Positions 60,900 to 64,000 of a stretch of 64,000 bases of DNA are shown piece by piece. Every line of letters begins with the position of its first letter. The stretch's first letter is position 1. The position numbers were made by a program, and so were the translations under genes. Source of the DNA: Desulfosporosinus sp. GTDB lineage: Bacteria > Bacillota > Desulfitobacteriia > Desulfitobacteriales > Desulfitobacteriaceae. The stretch covers positions 674 through 64,673 of the forward strand of contig JARLHU010000196.1 of the NCBI GenBank assembly GCA_031292095.1, given 5' to 3'. The notes beneath the pieces were generated by a model that did not search any database, was not told where the DNA came from, and was given only the letters and a program-made list of their open reading frames with translations.

Positions 60900-61520
60900 T
60901 CATTCAATCCATATCTTAAAACCATCCTTGTTCAGGATAATCTTATCCGCGATTTTTGCTCCGACATATTGAAAGTAACTTTCGCCAAAATTATTGAAGT
61001 CTTTTATGAACTTTCCACTTTCAACAACACGGCGGAGTAATGGAATCTTATTAGTTGTATTTATGTCAAAGTTCTCAATTGCACTTTCGAACTCATTCCC
61101 TAAAGTAGAGTTACCCCATGATTTAGGCCCTTTTTCAGGTTTGATTTCGAAGACACGTCTCATGAATTCATAAGGAAATGCGCCAAAAGTAATAAGGATC
61201 TTCGGTTTATATTCAAAAACGATGTTCTTGAACAACTCTATTTCTGTAGCAACTTCGGGCCCCCACCAATTTAAAGTTTTTGGTACAAGACTGCAATCTT
61301 CAACGGCATTCCTGATATAAATATTAGAAGCATCAATTCTCATATGCCTTTCCCGATATACTTTGTCCTGAATCTCAGCTAAGATGGGCGTCCAAATGTT
61401 GTGGTGAACTGTGGGATGCTTTGGATTAACTAAAAGCCAAATTGGGTAAGTTTTTTCTCCCGATTCCCTCTTCATCTTCTTGTCTTTAGCTATATATTTA
61501 TTGAGTACTAAGCTGGACAA
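60900..61520 (-). CDS. Hypothetical protein, UDG-fold-like (paralogue 2)
   Basis: 206 aa, colinear with 54350-54970. Confidence 0.6.
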   Translation of the reverse strand: MSSLVLNKYIAKDKKMKRESGEKTYPIWLLVNPKHPTVHHNIWTPILAEIQDKVYRERHMRIDASNIYIRNAVEDCSLVPKTLNWWGPEVATEIELFKNIVFEYKPKILITFGAFPYEFMRRVFEIKPEKGPKSWGNSTLGNEFESAIENFDINTTNKIPLLRRVVESGKFIKDFNNFGESYFQYVGAKIADKIILNKDGFKIWIE

Positions 61521-62180
61521 TCGAACTCCCCCGTTCAGTAATTTATAGTTGCTACCAACAATCTGCTACGTACGGTCCGCTGGAAGCATCGTTAAAAAAA
61601 TTTAACCTAATACAATAACTTAACAATAACTTAAAGATTAATCTACGGCATTAATGAGCTTTACTTTTGGTTTTACTTTCGTGCATCTTTTTTTGTAATA
61701 CCGTATGACTATCTCCACAAATTAAGGTTAGCATTATGTTTGAACTCTGTAAATAGTAATACAATATGCTCGTAATGAATTTAGACTATGGTGTTTTTAC
61801 TCACTCATGAGCCATTTAATTTGTTTTATTTTCTTAAATAGGTGCCCTGGTCGCAGAGGAATTTAGCCTAAAGGCTTAGCTACATCCCGCCATGATAACC
61901 TATAGCATCAATTTGCAGTTGCTTAGCTTTAGGGTAAAATACTCTGGTATAATTATTATTATTTAAGAATCTGTAGATCAACTCCCTTGATATTTCTAAG
62001 ATTCCTATCCTAATCTGTTTTTGATTAGTTTAAATATCTGATTACCATAACAAGTATTTGCTTATGAGATCAAAAATATTTTGCAAATTGATCCCATCAA
62101 ATATCAATCATAATAAATTCCTAAGATTACAACAAACCTGCTTTTCTCCATTATCTTCTAAAATAGTTTAAGAAAACCTC

Positions 62181-62398
62181 GACCGGCACCAAGAGCTGGT
62201 CATGACTCGAACAAAAATGTTCGAGATTAGACACCGCCATGACTCGAACAAGGACGTTCGAGATTAGACACCGCCATGGATGGCTTGGTGTCGGATGGCT
62301 TGGTGTCGTGATGGCGAGAGGGACACTCTGGCGAAGGCGGCAACCTAGTTGCGCTTATGTATAGAAAGTATATAATGCATGTTTATACTTTCTGATAG
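62181..62398. mobile_element. Partial structured MITE with self-nested module
   Basis: Same family as 53105-53331; module duplicated inside itself. Confidence 0.75.
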
Positions 62399-62501
62399 TA
62401 TAAAAAAATAACAAAGGGGCTAACCCATAATCAATGGATCAACCCTTTTGTCCAATCTCTATCAACCCGACTTGCACAATTCTTCAACCATCTAATAAAG
62501 T

Positions 62502-63017
62502 TTATTTTATTAGTAACACCGGTATAGTGGATTTATTGAGTACGCTCTGCCCTAAACATCCATAAAGTAAGCGTTTTAAAGTAGTAAGTCTCCGCGTACC
62601 AATAATAATAAATTCAAACGATTTATTTGTCGCATAATCGAGAATTACATCTACTGTATTGGAGATAGTTGTATCTGAATAGAGAACATCGTGATTCACG
62701 TTGAGTCCTTTCTCAAAAAAGATGCCATTAGTTTTGTTAAGTATGTCATTATACATGTTTTTGTCTGTCGAATCAGATTCATTGATCAAATTTTTCAACC
62801 AGTTAGCTATAGGGTTAACAGGCCAATTATCTTTATCTTCGATTAGTCTTGATTCTACCCTCGTAGAATCCTCACCATTTTCTTGTACTTGCACGACGGT
62901 TACTTTTAAATTGGGTAAACTTTTCGCTAGAGTAGCCGTGTAAGCGGCAGCAGAAAAAGAGGGCTGTGACCCATCGGAATAAAGAAGTACCTTAACTTTA
63001 TTGGAATTAATCATCAA
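62502..63017 (-). CDS. Atypical long universal stress protein (paralogue 4)
   Basis: VLLYSDGS, IGTRRLTTLKRLLYGC. Confidence 0.8.
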   Translation of the reverse strand: MMINSNKVKVLLYSDGSQPSFSAAAYTATLAKSLPNLKVTVVQVQENGEDSTRVESRLIEDKDNWPVNPIANWLKNLINESDSTDKNMYNDILNKTNGIFFEKGLNVNHDVLYSDTTISNTVDVILDYATNKSFEFIIIGTRRLTTLKRLLYGCLGQSVLNKSTIPVLLIK

Positions 63018-63483
63018 AAATACTCCCTTTCACAAATAATTTAAATTAGTACGTGTTATGCACTGATGCTATGCACCGATGCGAATTGTCGTTAGAAATG
63101 TTCGAATAGGATCTTCCATAATTAGATTAGCATTGTATTAAAATCATGTCTATAACAAATCGATATCTTTGTAATGAAATCACACTATAGATACCGTAAT
63201 TCACGATTTAGTGTTATGTCGTTTAATACAGTTTAATTTTTCTGTTTTAGCTATTATTTCTTTACAATATATAATAATTTTGAAATAATCAGAATAATCA
63301 AGGGTAAAATTCTATAAAAACTATATTATTTTTTACATTTATATTAATAGGAATTAATCTAATCATAGTTATTTATCATTATGAAGATATGTTATAATAA
63401 TTTTACTTATAAATATTCCTGAAAAATCCCACAACAATTAGGCTTCTTAATTTTGAAAACATTTTAACGTTTTCAAAATTAGA

Positions 63484-63760
63484 AGTAAACTTGTTAGTTA
63501 AACTGAACATCGGAACTTCTGGCAGCATTGTCTCTGGTGATGGATCTCCGGTGGAGAGAAACGCCGAAAGCTAATCCTCATAACGATCCTATCGTGCTGA
63601 GGATTAGCTTAGTAACGCCGCTTGTTACGTCTCTTAACGAATACGAATACGAATACTATACGCGAAGGTTTAAAGGGGCGCCGGAGTCGCTAATCCCACT
63701 ACTAACCCTCTACACCGAAGAAGGATCGCGTAAACAACAATGACTTGTAACGCTCGGAGC
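63484..63760 (+). repeat. Structured element related to 41237-41403
   Basis: AGTAAACTTGTTAGTTAAACTGAACATCGGAACTTC and TCTCCGGTGGAGAG..CGCCGA shared with the 41-kb element. Confidence 0.6.
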
Positions 63761-63824
63761 TGATGATATCGCCTATCAAGTATGGGTATTATGACTGTGA
63801 CGTCACTAGAGAAAGGGAAAAGAC

Positions 63825-63878
63825 AAGACGCCTCTACTTTGTTATTGTACTGCTACAACATCAAAGTAGAGGCGTCTT
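63825..63878 (-). terminator. 17-bp perfect hairpin, probable terminator
   Basis: AAGACGCCTCTACTTTG / CAAAGTAGAGGCGTCTT; pyrimidine tail on minus strand. Confidence 0.65.
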
Positions 63879-64000
63879 CAGTAACCCTATCACGATTGAA
63901 TCATTTTATCCAACATCCACTAATATTTTAGAACGAGATGACATTCCTGTTCTCATTAGATTCTCTATTCGAACTTGATACAGAATCTAAAATATTACAA

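Noticed and set aside
63528-63978. Two 71-aa plus-strand ORFs
   Set aside because: Overlap a structured repeat and hairpin; no convincing RBS
63928-64000. Possible 3' end of a minus-strand gene entering the window
   Set aside because: Only about 24 codons; product cannot be supported

Overview
Low-GC anaerobic, spore-forming Firmicute chromosome; gene content and repeat families suggest Desulfosporosinus/Desulfitobacterium (inference). From left to right: a truncated secreted S8 protease; a scar of RIT-integrase and group II intron remnants; a TPP-riboswitch thiamine synthesis operon (thiSGHFEC); a ribose/deoxyribose operon (rbsRDACBK-deoC); three M42 aminopeptidases; a ~660-nt ORF-free, promoter-and-terminator-bounded, highly base-paired locus (best candidate for an undescribed large ncRNA); a second TPP-riboswitch thiamine salvage operon whose aptamer carries a 19-bp MITE footprint; rmuC; cydABDC; ltaS; parE/parC; a germinant receptor operon; a Ter stress cluster; and an accessory island of four atypical USP paralogues, two UDG-fold-like paralogues, SulP, TauE/DUF1634 and a frameshifted lplA. 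Several families of nested, structured miniature mobile elements are scattered in the intergenic regions. All calls are by eye; no database searches or folding programs were run.
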